Below the pieces are notes generated by a model. That model did not search any database. It was not told the origin of the DNA and saw only the letters and a program-made list of their open reading frames with translations. Source: Candidatus Micrarchaeota archaeon (lineage in GTDB: Archaea; Micrarchaeota; Micrarchaeia; Anstonellales; Bilamarchaeaceae). From it: a stretch of DNA of 64,000 nt. Shown in pieces: positions 28,408 through 38,240 of this stretch. Every line of letters begins with the position of its first letter. Position 1 is the first letter of the stretch. A program made the position numbers and the translations under genes. The stretch is from positions 1-64,000 of the forward strand of contig JBBSVN010000006.1 in assembly GCA_038046765.1 (NCBI GenBank), written 5' to 3'.

Positions 28408-28851
28408 ATGGTTAAAACAGACCCAACCTTGTTAAGGCAATATGAACTTCTGGTTAATTCGGCAATTCAAATTACTGAATGGCGGCAAACCACAAATAGT
28501 TTTTATCTTACAGTTAATACTACGCTCTTAGCTGTAGCTTCTTATCTATTTGGTTCTTCTCCCCCCACGGTTCAGGTTATTGGTATTATTGGATTTATTA
28601 TATCTTTCCTTTGGTACCAGAACATAACCTACTTTCGGAATCTAAACAGTGCCAAGTTTAAAGTAATTCACACTCTTGAGAAGAAACTACCAGTACAGAT
28701 GTTCAAATTGGAAGAGGATATTTTCAAAAAAGAAAAGGGTCAATACGCTACTCAAATCGAAAGATGGACTCCATTATTATTTGTTTTAGCATATGGACTA
28801 GTATTAATTATTCAGCTTATGTCTGAGTTAATCAAAATAGTAAAATTTTGA
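28408..28851 (+). CDS. Small multi-TM membrane effector (RipA/8xMP-like)
   Basis: QYELLV...RQTTNSFYLTVNT...LW...YFRNLNSAKFKVIHTLEKKLP; 2-3 hydrophobic helices; follows the TIR gene. Confidence 0.75.
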   Translation: MVKTDPTLLRQYELLVNSAIQITEWRQTTNSFYLTVNTTLLAVASYLFGSSPPTVQVIGIIGFIISFLWYQNITYFRNLNSAKFKVIHTLEKKLPVQMFKLEEDIFKKEKGQYATQIERWTPLLFVLAYGLVLIIQLMSELIKIVKF

Positions 28852-28852
28852 G

Positions 28853-29275
28853 GTGGGTATTATGAAAAATGCGCATATAATTTTGTTATTTTTAGCGTTG
28901 TTTTTATTTGGTTGTGGCGACAAGTTCAAACCAAGTGTAGAATTTCAATTGGACAAATATAGCATAGATGTAAATAATGGCAATATTTCCAGCTACGTAA
29001 CCGCGACAATAATTAGAAATGATAATAATCCGACTCCAACTGAATTTACATTAAAGTTTGATAACAAAGCTGACATATATGCTGTTGATGGAAAAGGGAA
29101 TATAATTAAAACTCTTAATACAAGGATATTACAAGGAACGGGGGCAAAAGACACCATCCAATTTAAAATATTTGGTAAAACCAACCTTGCGAGTGGTTCT
29201 GACATATTAAATATTGTTTTAGATTGGAACAGTACAACGATTGATTCCAGAGCTATAACTGTCAATGTCAAGTGA
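28853..29275 (+). CDS. Predicted lipoprotein, beta-rich (Ig-like)
   Basis: Signal peptide with lipobox-like LFGC. Confidence 0.7.
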   Translation: MGIMKNAHIILLFLALFLFGCGDKFKPSVEFQLDKYSIDVNNGNISSYVTATIIRNDNNPTPTEFTLKFDNKADIYAVDGKGNIIKTLNTRILQGTGAKDTIQFKIFGKTNLASGSDILNIVLDWNSTTIDSRAITVNVK

Positions 29276-29432
29276 TTTTACTCAAGTGCAGTCTTTTTAA
29301 CCTTTGAAACTTGACGAAATAAGTTTCAAAATTTTAAACCCTAGCGCAAGGTTTAAATCCTCTGTCCTTTAGATCAGATATCGGAGAAGTGTCTTAACAA
29401 GAAAGGAACGTTCAGAGCAACCCTAAACGAGT

Positions 29433-29446
29433 GGCAGGAGCGATTT
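29433..29446 (+). repeat. attR-like direct repeat
   Basis: Exact copy of GGCAGGAGCGATTT from the tRNA-Glu 3' end. Confidence 0.7.
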
Positions 29447-29460
29447 ATCTAATATATCGG

Positions 29461-29710
29461 GTAAGCGCTTAAAAAATTTACCGATAACGATGAGAAATGG
29501 AATTTCCTTTTTGTGAGTAATCGCTTTTAGCATGATTTCCTACAATCAAAATTATCTCCCGATTCGACTTAAGAATTTTCCAATTTTTCGAAAAATTGAC
29601 GCTTCAATTTATGGATCATTGGAAGACACCTCGTTCAATTGGTCATAAAATCGATTTTTTCAGGAGGAGGTAATTAAATTTTACGTAATGGGAAAATCTT
29701 GAGCGCTTAC
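29461..29710. mobile_element. Non-autonomous IS66-like element (MITE), 250 bp
   Basis: Terminal inverted repeats GTAAGCGCTTAA / TTGAGCGCTTAC (11/12); flanking 8-bp near-duplication TATATCGG (29453-29460) and TATATCAG (29711-29718). Confidence 0.65.
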
Positions 29711-29733
29711 TATATCAGCCCACTTTTACTAAT

Positions 29734-30270
29734 TCAACAATAACAGCCGCTAGGGCCACGACCACAAGAAATGCAAGCATAGTTTGAACATCTCTTACAT
29801 CCACTGCATTGGGCATCATTAGTACACTCAACTGTTTGACATTTCCCAGAGATACACCTTTGTTTATATCCGCAATCTGAACTTCCGCTACATGAATTAT
29901 CAGTTGAAACGCTTGATGTTGAAGATGAACTGCATTTTCCGTCAGAACAAATATTTGAGCACGTATAGTTTTGCGATCCGATCGCACCATTGGAAGTACA
30001 ATAATACTCCCGAACGATTTTAGAACTACTACTAAAACAATAATCCGTTCCTAATTCGCTTCCTCTTTTAGCCGTACCTTTAACAGCGTAATTAATTCCT
30101 CCATCTGAATCAGTACACTGGATTGAAGTTCCTGATAAATTTTTAGTGGTCGAAGAATTTACCGGAGTCGGTATCGAAATGGAATCACCAGTTTCGATTT
30201 GTTTTTCCAATTCAGAAATCGTACAGCCAGAAAATAGAATTACTATTAATATTAGAATTATTGACTTCAT
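29734..30270 (-). CDS. Cys-rich surface lipoprotein
   Basis: Lipobox-like LFSGC, CTDSDGG module, C-terminal CxxDxxC disulfide-rich repeats. Confidence 0.78.
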   Translation of the reverse strand: MKSIILILIVILFSGCTISELEKQIETGDSISIPTPVNSSTTKNLSGTSIQCTDSDGGINYAVKGTAKRGSELGTDYCFSSSSKIVREYYCTSNGAIGSQNYTCSNICSDGKCSSSSTSSVSTDNSCSGSSDCGYKQRCISGKCQTVECTNDAQCSGCKRCSNYACISCGRGPSGCYC

Positions 30271-30346
30271 AAGTACGTTTCTTAAAAAAGATTAATAAAT
30301 TAATCGTAAACTTTGCCGTTTTTCCTTTTATTTAGAATCAGCAATA

Positions 30347-30994
30347 TTATGCAAGTCGTCGAATAGTTTCTCTTCTTAAAAGTAATCTAAAGGGTTTAGT
30401 AGGCTTGGGTCTATTTTTGAGTAACCTAAGAAAAACATCTCGATTTATGTCAGCTTCCGCCTTAGTAACAGATGCCAAAATTGCAGGTTTTGTTGTTGGT
30501 TTAAGAGAAGCAACTCCGCGAGCTGATCTTGGAATTCCGGAACTCCCGGTAGATTGTTGTGGTTGAGGAATTGTACTTACTGCGCTAGTTTGAGGTGCTT
30601 GAGTCTTTTTCTTTCCGCCTTGTTCAATTGTTTTGACTACGAGTTTCATCCATTTGATATATTCAGATTTACGAACACGCATCCCATGCGTATCGCCAGA
30701 ACTTAGAACATAACATTTTTCTTCTACTTGGCAACTAGAAACCGCATCCTTAGGACTAAAAATTATTATTGCAATAAAATTACTATGATCTTTAAGATTA
30801 AGATTTTCTAATGTGTCTGTTAGGATTCTTTTTGGATATCTATCAAATGGCCTACCTGAGCATTTTTGGCAATAATTAGCTACTTCAGTTGACCATTCAG
30901 AGCGTGTGATAATTGTAATTTTGTAAGTATTAGTAGTATCGGTCGCATGCCCACCCAAACTTTCATATACATGAACTTTTGTGTTTTCATCCAT
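30347..30994 (-). CDS. Hypothetical protein
   Basis: 215-aa ORF with low-complexity linker and Arg-rich C-terminus. Confidence 0.6.
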   Translation of the reverse strand: MDENTKVHVYESLGGHATDTTNTYKITIITRSEWSTEVANYCQKCSGRPFDRYPKRILTDTLENLNLKDHSNFIAIIIFSPKDAVSSCQVEEKCYVLSSGDTHGMRVRKSEYIKWMKLVVKTIEQGGKKKTQAPQTSAVSTIPQPQQSTGSSGIPRSARGVASLKPTTKPAILASVTKAEADINRDVFLRLLKNRPKPTKPFRLLLRRETIRRLA

Positions 30995-31069
30995 TAGCTC
31001 ACATTTTAACGTATTATGAATATTTGTATTGGTATATAATATTTAATCTTATGTCACAAATAGAAAAAA

Positions 31070-32077
31070 CTAATCTAAGACAAATAACCCCCCAACTTCT
31101 TTTCCTTTAATGGCAATAGTGTTATTTAGTAGATGTTCTTTTTTTATCTGAACTATTGTTTGCAGAAGAATGTCATCTGCAATATTGTTATCCAGAAATT
31201 TAAGAGCATTGGTTCGATCGAGTTTAAGCGACCTATCCAGTATGAAAATTTTTAAAAATTCGGCACCATTTTCAGATAAAACAATCGCATCTTTAAGAAC
31301 CCCGCTAATAGTGCTATATGGCTTATGAAGCAATCTAGTACTAGAGTAAACATTAATCAGATTATCTAAAAATAACACACCTTGGATAATTAACTGATCA
31401 TTTTCTTGAAATTTAATAGCACGCTCGATTGCTTCCCAAATAACAACGGTTTTTTGACCAGTTTCATCAGTTACTTCAAACGAGAAAATAAATATATTTT
31501 TCCCATTTTTTATTATGCCCTCTTTTCCAATAATTTTAGAAACAGTAACTTTGAGATTTACAAGACTACCATCTTTTAGATTATTTAATGTATCAAATGG
31601 CGCTTTATTAAGAATTTTAATTTCGCCTTCATAACCAATATTGAGGTTTCCCATTTTTTCATATACATTATTAAGTTGGATTTCATCCCCAACTTTTATT
31701 TTAGATAAAAAAGAGATATCTTCTTCCCAGAATCTAAGTTTAGCATTACCTGTTTCGTCAGATATTTGTACATCACGATATTTCTTACCCGAAGAGGAGA
31801 TAACAATATCGAAAATTCGACTTATCTTGGCTTTTAGATTAATATTTCTGGTTTCGGGTTTGATCTGATTAATTTTGATGTAATCTCCAGTATTTTCCTG
31901 TTTTTTTATTAACCCATAATCTATGGCAAGCATACGCATCGCTGCATCCTTAGTTAATAAACCATGGAATTCATCAATTTTTTTATCAATAGCAGACTCA
32001 AGCTCTGCTTGATTTAACTTTGTAAGTAGTTCGCTTTGAATGGAATTTTCTTTAGAAGAAGAAGGTAGCTCGGCCAT
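31070..32077 (-). CDS. Replication protein A / multi-OB-fold ssDNA-binding protein
   Basis: DEFHGLLTKDAA N-terminal domain, ISDETG..LRFW and VTDETG..VVIW OB folds. Confidence 0.85.
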   Translation of the reverse strand: MAELPSSSKENSIQSELLTKLNQAELESAIDKKIDEFHGLLTKDAAMRMLAIDYGLIKKQENTGDYIKINQIKPETRNINLKAKISRIFDIVISSSGKKYRDVQISDETGNAKLRFWEEDISFLSKIKVGDEIQLNNVYEKMGNLNIGYEGEIKILNKAPFDTLNNLKDGSLVNLKVTVSKIIGKEGIIKNGKNIFIFSFEVTDETGQKTVVIWEAIERAIKFQENDQLIIQGVLFLDNLINVYSSTRLLHKPYSTISGVLKDAIVLSENGAEFLKIFILDRSLKLDRTNALKFLDNNIADDILLQTIVQIKKEHLLNNTIAIKGKEVGGLFVLD

Positions 32078-32178
32078 AACATAGTATTACTTAAGAAAAA
32101 ATTTAAAGCTGACTAAGAAAACCAGATAGAATGCAAATTATACTTAGATTATAAATGTGTTTTGATTAAATAATAACT

Positions 32179-33216
32179 ATGCGTTCTTTAACAAGCTTAG
32201 AATATTCTTACCTAGTAGAAAATGAATTCAAGAAACTTATTGGAAAACACTTTTCCAAAGTCCAACGAATTAGTGAAACCAAGCTTCGATTTAAAATTGG
32301 AGATACCGATCTTATTTTTGAATGCGGAATAAGAATTCATCAAACAAAATACATGGAGGAAGTAGAAGAACCGACGGGATTAGAACTACTGCTAAAAAAA
32401 TATCTTGATAATGCCAAACTCCTAGATGTTTACCAGCACAACAAGGATAGAATAATTGCATTTAATTTTCAGGCAGGAAAGGAAAAATGCTCACTTGTTT
32501 TTGAGATGTTTGGAAAAGGAAATATGATACTAGTTCAAAATGATTTGACACTAGCAGCACTCAAAGAAGAAACTTGGAGTGACCGCGTAATTAAAAAAGC
32601 AGAGGAATACAAATTCCCTAAAAGCAACGTAATAGATAATTTAGATGATGCAATAGAAAATAACAAGGAAAAATATATTGTAATCGCACTTCTTAAATTG
32701 CCTCTAGGAAAAGAGTATGCACTAGATATTTTAGAAAGATGCAAAATTGAGCAAAAAAGCCCATGCGCAACGATTGGAAAATCAGATATTGAAAAACTAA
32801 AAAACGAGATTCAAAAATTGATTTTAGAACAAAAACCAGTTGGATTTTACAAGGACAATAAAATAAATGATTTTGGTTTAACTAGTTTTTCTAAATATGC
32901 AGATTTAGAAGCTAGAGAATTTTCTAAATTAAGTGAAGCAGCTGACGAGCATTACTGGAGCAATAAGGAAGAAAAGAACCATAAACTAGATAAAATAGAA
33001 CGTAGACTAGAAGAACAGATGAAAAAACTGGAAGAACTGGCAGTAGAAGAAAAAGAGCACAAAGAAAGAGGAGATTATATTTATGCAAATTACCAGCAAA
33101 TAGAAGAAATATTAAAAATAGCAAAAACAGCAAAACTTGAGGAATTAGAGCAGAAGCTAGAAAAACTTAAAGCAAAAGTAGATAAAAAGGAAAAAACAAT
33201 TGAAATTGAAATCTAA
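32179..33216 (+). CDS. NFACT/Rqc2-like protein (N-terminal and coiled-coil part only)
   Basis: LLKKYL, DRII, EMFGKGNMIL and GDYIYANY motifs. Confidence 0.8.
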   Translation: MRSLTSLEYSYLVENEFKKLIGKHFSKVQRISETKLRFKIGDTDLIFECGIRIHQTKYMEEVEEPTGLELLLKKYLDNAKLLDVYQHNKDRIIAFNFQAGKEKCSLVFEMFGKGNMILVQNDLTLAALKEETWSDRVIKKAEEYKFPKSNVIDNLDDAIENNKEKYIVIALLKLPLGKEYALDILERCKIEQKSPCATIGKSDIEKLKNEIQKLILEQKPVGFYKDNKINDFGLTSFSKYADLEAREFSKLSEAADEHYWSNKEEKNHKLDKIERRLEEQMKKLEELAVEEKEHKERGDYIYANYQQIEEILKIAKTAKLEELEQKLEKLKAKVDKKEKTIEIEI

Positions 33217-33629
33217 TCCTTTAAATCTTTATTTAGTAAATATTGATCAAGAATCTTAGAAGCTCTTTTTGGATTATCAACGCGAAATGAGAGGATAGTA
33301 TTGCTGCCATCTCTAGATATGATGTGCATTCTCTGAATGCTTATTTTTTCTGCCGCCAACATAGATGTGATCTTACTAAGCTCACCTGGCTGGTCAGTTA
33401 ATTTTACAACTACAGAGTTTTCTTCTTCAGGTGTAAAACCAGAATTTAAAAGAGCAGATTTAGCTTTTGCAAAATCTTTTATTATAAGAGTAATCACAGC
33501 TTTACCAGCTAAAACATCAACCCCGACAGATTCGATATTTATTTTAGCTTTGCCTAGTACATAAGAAATGTCAGCCAATAACCCAACACGATCATCAGCA
33601 GTAATAGTTATAGTTTTCATATGCTCCAC
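33213..33629 (-). CDS. Tandem ACT domain protein
   Basis: DDRVGLLADIS...NIES and DQPGELSKIT. Confidence 0.88.
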   Translation of the reverse strand: MEHMKTITITADDRVGLLADISYVLGKAKINIESVGVDVLAGKAVITLIIKDFAKAKSALLNSGFTPEEENSVVVKLTDQPGELSKITSMLAAEKISIQRMHIISRDGSNTILSFRVDNPKRASKILDQYLLNKDLKD

Positions 33630-33662
33630 CCTTTTATGTAGATATACAATAAGCTATCCAGC

Positions 33663-33962
33663 TCACATATTATAAATCTGCGTATAAGGAACGTCGGCAA
33701 TATGCAAAATATCTTCTTTTGAAACAAATTCTAACTCAAGCAATAATTTGGTCGCTTTTGAACCCACAAAATTAACTGAACCAAATCCGATTTCTAATTC
33801 TCGTTTGACATCTTCTTTTGTTGCTTTTTTTCCGACATAAAAAGATTTGTGACTTTTTAGATCAATTAATTTTTCCCCTTCCTTAAAGACCTTATCTATA
33901 AGATCCTGATCGCACACGGCAATTATTCTTCCCATTTTTGTTTGATGAATGTTAAGATACAT
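33663..33962 (-). CDS. DUF424 family protein
   Basis: IIAVCD, FYVG and SVNFVG motifs. Confidence 0.85.
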   Translation of the reverse strand: MYLNIHQTKMGRIIAVCDQDLIDKVFKEGEKLIDLKSHKSFYVGKKATKEDVKRELEIGFGSVNFVGSKATKLLLELEFVSKEDILHIADVPYTQIYNM

Positions 33963-34022
33963 AAAAAAGAATAAGTAAAGAGAATTAATAATGATTTGGA
34001 AAAAGTTAAAACATAGAAAAAG

Positions 34023-35045
34023 TTAGTTTTCCATAAAATAACTAGGGACATCATTTTCGTATAATAGCGTGCAACCCTTGCTTTCTGCATCAACCCGTTT
34101 CATAAGCTGCCATACTCCAGATTTAGTTTTTACTGCTACCGTGTGCCACGGGGTACCGTAGTTCGTATTTTCTGGAATTATATTTATTGGTACACGATCG
34201 TTTATTACAGCAGCTCTATGCACACTAAGCCGAATTGCATTTGGAAACTGCGCCTTAAGATAATCAGAATATGCCCTATTTCTGCGCATCATTTGTATTG
34301 CAATTTTTTTGCCAATTCGTTTAAGTTCTTCGCAGCCAGTAAGCCCATCATCAGAATCTTGAGCCCAAAATCTAGCTAGACCTACGTACCCATCTCGCAC
34401 TTCTTTAATCGTTTCAATTTCATGCCTGATCGATTCTATAGATTGAGAATAATTTGCATCAAGTATTCGCCAGATGGAGTAATGTTCCAAGTCGGATAAT
34501 GAATTGAGATTATCAAACCACTTTATTATTTGACGATCGGATAGGCGATTATACAGATTAAGATATAGATTGATGATATTTTGCATATACGTAAAAACAG
34601 CAGAATTATCGATGCCAACGATATCTGCGTAAGTAAACCCATCTAAAGCAACGATGAGTTCTGCGTCCCCATCAGTTGCATCCTTGATTTTAACACCAAA
34701 ATCATATAATGATTTAAGTGCAAGCTCTTCCCCCTTATCCGCAAGCGAACCGATAACTTTTGTCCGTTGATTTTTAGATTTAAAGGGAAAGGCCGGAAGA
34801 ACGAACTGTACTGGACTTCGATCACAAAAACTCATATCAATTTTGCGCGAGATATTGGTAATTGCAATCGCTTCTTCCTTTGGATCGACATAAGGTATAC
34901 GAATCTGGGCTAGTGCACTCATAATCAGCTTAGATTTTGATGCATGGCTAAAGCTAGATGTAAATTTTTGAGCAAACATAGATAAACACCTAGATTTGAT
35001 TTGGTTTTTGAACTTCCCGCAGGATAGTGCTCCGGCTAACACCAA
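34023..35045 (-). CDS. L-Tyr/L-Trp isocyanide (isonitrile) synthase, PvcA/Dit1/IsnA family
   Basis: FVLPAFPFKS, KVIGSLADKGEELAL, DG, RNRAYS, AIRLSVH and TPWH motifs; start uncertain. Confidence 0.88.
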   Translation of the reverse strand: MVLAGALSCGKFKNQIKSRCLSMFAQKFTSSFSHASKSKLIMSALAQIRIPYVDPKEEAIAITNISRKIDMSFCDRSPVQFVLPAFPFKSKNQRTKVIGSLADKGEELALKSLYDFGVKIKDATDGDAELIVALDGFTYADIVGIDNSAVFTYMQNIINLYLNLYNRLSDRQIIKWFDNLNSLSDLEHYSIWRILDANYSQSIESIRHEIETIKEVRDGYVGLARFWAQDSDDGLTGCEELKRIGKKIAIQMMRRNRAYSDYLKAQFPNAIRLSVHRAAVINDRVPINIIPENTNYGTPWHTVAVKTKSGVWQLMKRVDAESKGCTLLYENDVPSYFMEN

Positions 35046-35357
35046 AAATTTTACCTAGTGTACGAAGTGACAAAGATTGACTAAAATATAAATCCAAAAG
35101 TTCCGCCCGTTTTTCTTTATTTAGCGAACTAGGCCTGCCAATCTTATTTGTTATATTAGAATTAGTTACGCAACCGCAAAGATCTTCTCCTTCCTCTGAA
35201 AATACACCACCCTTTATTAGTTATCTTAGACTTCGTCTTTTCCACTAATTTCACCTCATTTTTTATGTTGTTAATTTTATTTATATGCGTAAGTATATAT
35301 ATTCGATTTAATTTAAAAAGAAGTGTCACGAAAAGAAAAAAAGAAAATAGAATAAAT

Positions 35358-35738
35358 TTATCTCATCATATTATTCATCATATCCCGCATGTTTGAATAA
35401 TCGGTTCGTACTCCTGTAATTTCTTCACTATCAAACCGTCCATCTTGCATCATTTTTTGCATGTTTTGATTAGATGTTAACTGATTTTGATACAATCGAT
35501 CAAAATTAGCAAAGTCGCCAGAAGTCATTAAATTATTTTTCATCATGGATCCTGCCATCATGCGCATCATACCAGCACCAGCCAAGTTTGAATTAGAATT
35601 AGTCTGCATCATCCCGTACATATTACGATTTAGATTAATAGTTGCATCATAGTTTAGCCATAATAAAAAAATAGCAATTACTAAACCGAAGCTAGTAGTC
35701 CAAACAAACCATTCCGGAAAATTATTATCTTTTGCCAT
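35358..35738 (-). CDS. Single-TM Met-rich protein (paralog of 44768..45148)
   Basis: N-terminal TM helix, many MM pairs. Confidence 0.75.
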   Translation of the reverse strand: MAKDNNFPEWFVWTTSFGLVIAIFLLWLNYDATINLNRNMYGMMQTNSNSNLAGAGMMRMMAGSMMKNNLMTSGDFANFDRLYQNQLTSNQNMQKMMQDGRFDSEEITGVRTDYSNMRDMMNNMMR

Positions 35739-35756
35739 AATGTTTTCACCTTAAAT

Positions 35757-38225
35757 TTATTTCATCTTCGGCTTAAATCCCCTCATAAACAAACTGTTTG
35801 TTACAACACTTACCGAACTAAAAGCCATTGCCGCTCCTGCAATTACAGGACTTAGCAAGAAACCTGAAGCAGGATATAAAATACCCATTGCAACAGGAAT
35901 GCCGATTGTATTATACGCAAATGCCCAGAATAAATTCTGCTTTATCTTTTTCATAGTATATTTGCTTAATTCGATTGCAGTAACAATATCTTTTAAATCA
36001 CTTTTAACTAAAACAATTCCTCCGCTTTCGATTGCAACATCTGTTCCCGCACCGATCGCAATTCCAACATCTGCTTTAGTTAAAGCGGGTGCATCGTTTA
36101 TCCCATCACCAACAAAAGCAACTTTTCTTTTGTTTTGCTGAAGTTTCGCAACTTCGTTAGCTTTATCTTCAGGGAGTACATGCGCTAATACACGATCAAT
36201 TCCAACCTGGTTAGCAATTGCACGCGCAGTTCGCTCATTATCTCCAGTTATCATGACAGTTTCGTAGCCCAATTTATGCAACATTGTTATTGCATCTTTA
36301 GAACTATCTTTTATAGTATCTGCAATTGCAATTAAACCGGCAATTTTTTTACCAGCACCTATAATAACAACAGTCTTTCCTTGAATTTCTAGATCATACA
36401 TCTTCTTTACGATTTCTTCGCTCACAATAATTTTTTTCTTTTTCATTAACTCTGGATTTCCGACAAACACTTCGATTTCATCGACTACTGCTTCGATCCC
36501 GTGCCCCGGAATTGCGTTGAAACTTGAAGGATTACTAAGTTTTGTTTTTTGTTCTTTAGCCTTATTTACAATAGCTTGTGCTAAGTGATGCTCAGAATTA
36601 TTTTCCGCACTACCAGCTAAAAATAAAATTTCATCTTTTTCTAGCGCCATCGGAATTATATCAGTAACTACAGCCTGACCTTTTGTTATAGTACCAGTTT
36701 TGTCAAAAACAACCGTTTTAACTTGATGTAACAATTCTAAGGATTCGGCATTCTTAATCAGAATACCGTTTTCAGCACCCTTTCCGGTTCCAATCATTAC
36801 TGCAGTTGGAGTTGCTAAGCCCATTGCGCATGGACAGGCAATAATCAAGGTTGCGACTAGTATCGTTAATGCGAATAAGAAACTTTGGCCTGCTATAAAA
36901 TACCAATAAGCAAAGGCTAAGAGTGCAAGCGCAATTACAGCCTGAACAAAGTACCCAGCAACAAGATCTACAAGTTTCTGTATAGGTGCTTTACTACCTT
37001 GCGCATCTTCTACTAATTTAATTATTTGAGCAAGCATCGTATCGCTTCCGACTTTTGTTGCTTTAAACTTAAATGAACCTGTTTTGTTTATCGTTGCACC
37101 GATTACTAAATCATCTTTTCTTTTATGAACAGGTAAACTTTCTCCAGTAATCATACTTTCATCAATGCTACTAGTTCCTTCAACAATTACACCATCTACA
37201 GGGATTTTATCTCCTGGTTTTACAATAATTATATCTCCGACAATTACGTCCTTTATCGGAATTTCAATTTCTTCGCCATTACGAACTACGATTGCAGTTT
37301 TTGGAGCAAGTCCAATTAAACGCTTTATCGCTTCTGAGGTTTTTCCTTTTGCAATCGCTTCTAGGTATTTTCCCAATAGAATAAATGTAATAAGCAAGGC
37401 TGCGGTTTCATAATAAATGCTCCCAGTAATGAATTCAAAACCAACTAGCACACTATAAACATAGGCAGTTCCAACCCCTAGTGCAACTAAGCTATCCATT
37501 CCAGGTGCGTTATTTTTTAATCCCTTAAAACCACGAATGAAAAAATCACGGTTTAGATACATAACGGGAGTTGTCAAAAAGAATTGTAATGTTGCCATAT
37601 TTTTCATGAAAAATTCAGGATACTCCAAACCAACTATACCTTTTAACATTTCTGGTAATGCCAAGATTAAAACAGGAATTGTTAAGATAGTAGAAATAAT
37701 TAAACGATTATGAAGTTCTTTCATTTCCTTATCCCGAGCTATTTTTTCTTTATCTACTTCTTCCCCTAAATCCAAGAGTTCGACATCATAACCTGCATCA
37801 ACAACTGCCTTTTTTATTTTGGCAAAGTTAGTCTTTGATTTGTCGATTTCGATTGTGGCTTTTTCTAAACCGAAATTAAGTTCAGTTTTTTTTACTCCTT
37901 CTGTTCGCTTTAGCGCTTTTTCAACAATGTTCGCACAATGTAATGAATCCATTCCAATAATGTGTAAGTATAATTTATCTTCTCCTTTTTGGTCTATTGC
38001 ACCAACATTACCTCCAATGTCCGCACCATATCCCAAGTTCTCAATGATTTGTTTGAAATTGCCGGGTGCAGTTTTAGTTTCTTCATATTCAACAGTTGCC
38101 CGAGTTGTTGCATAATTAGCATTTGCAGTAACTACACCTTCGACCTTCCTAAGCTTTCGTTCAATATTTAGTGCACAACTTGCACAGTGCATTCCTGTTA
38201 TCGGAATTGTGATTTTTTTTACCAT
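35757..38225 (-). CDS. copA: Cu(I)-translocating P1B-1 ATPase
   Basis: [29 protein letters not shown] and MAFSS motifs. Confidence 0.97.
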   Translation of the reverse strand: MVKKITIPITGMHCASCALNIERKLRKVEGVVTANANYATTRATVEYEETKTAPGNFKQIIENLGYGADIGGNVGAIDQKGEDKLYLHIIGMDSLHCANIVEKALKRTEGVKKTELNFGLEKATIEIDKSKTNFAKIKKAVVDAGYDVELLDLGEEVDKEKIARDKEMKELHNRLIISTILTIPVLILALPEMLKGIVGLEYPEFFMKNMATLQFFLTTPVMYLNRDFFIRGFKGLKNNAPGMDSLVALGVGTAYVYSVLVGFEFITGSIYYETAALLITFILLGKYLEAIAKGKTSEAIKRLIGLAPKTAIVVRNGEEIEIPIKDVIVGDIIIVKPGDKIPVDGVIVEGTSSIDESMITGESLPVHKRKDDLVIGATINKTGSFKFKATKVGSDTMLAQIIKLVEDAQGSKAPIQKLVDLVAGYFVQAVIALALLAFAYWYFIAGQSFLFALTILVATLIIACPCAMGLATPTAVMIGTGKGAENGILIKNAESLELLHQVKTVVFDKTGTITKGQAVVTDIIPMALEKDEILFLAGSAENNSEHHLAQAIVNKAKEQKTKLSNPSSFNAIPGHGIEAVVDEIEVFVGNPELMKKKKIIVSEEIVKKMYDLEIQGKTVVIIGAGKKIAGLIAIADTIKDSSKDAITMLHKLGYETVMITGDNERTARAIANQVGIDRVLAHVLPEDKANEVAKLQQNKRKVAFVGDGINDAPALTKADVGIAIGAGTDVAIESGGIVLVKSDLKDIVTAIELSKYTMKKIKQNLFWAFAYNTIGIPVAMGILYPASGFLLSPVIAGAAMAFSSVSVVTNSLFMRGFKPKMK

Positions 38226-38240
38226 GGATAGATCACCTAA

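Larger units (their letters stand above)
18255..29446. mobile_element. tRNA-Glu-anchored genomic (defence) island, no integrase visible
   Basis: Direct repeat GGCAGGAGCGATTT at 18255-18268 (tRNA 3' end) and 29433-29446; cargo dominated by defence-type genes. Confidence 0.72.

Noticed and set aside
27894..28851. Canonical Thoeris or CBASS call
   Set aside because: No ThsA (SIR2-STALD or TM-Macro) and no CD-NTase present.
35162..35246. 27-aa minus-strand ORF with GAGGTGA SD upstream of the isocyanide synthase
   Set aside because: Too short, with no motif; could be a gene remnant but cannot be supported.
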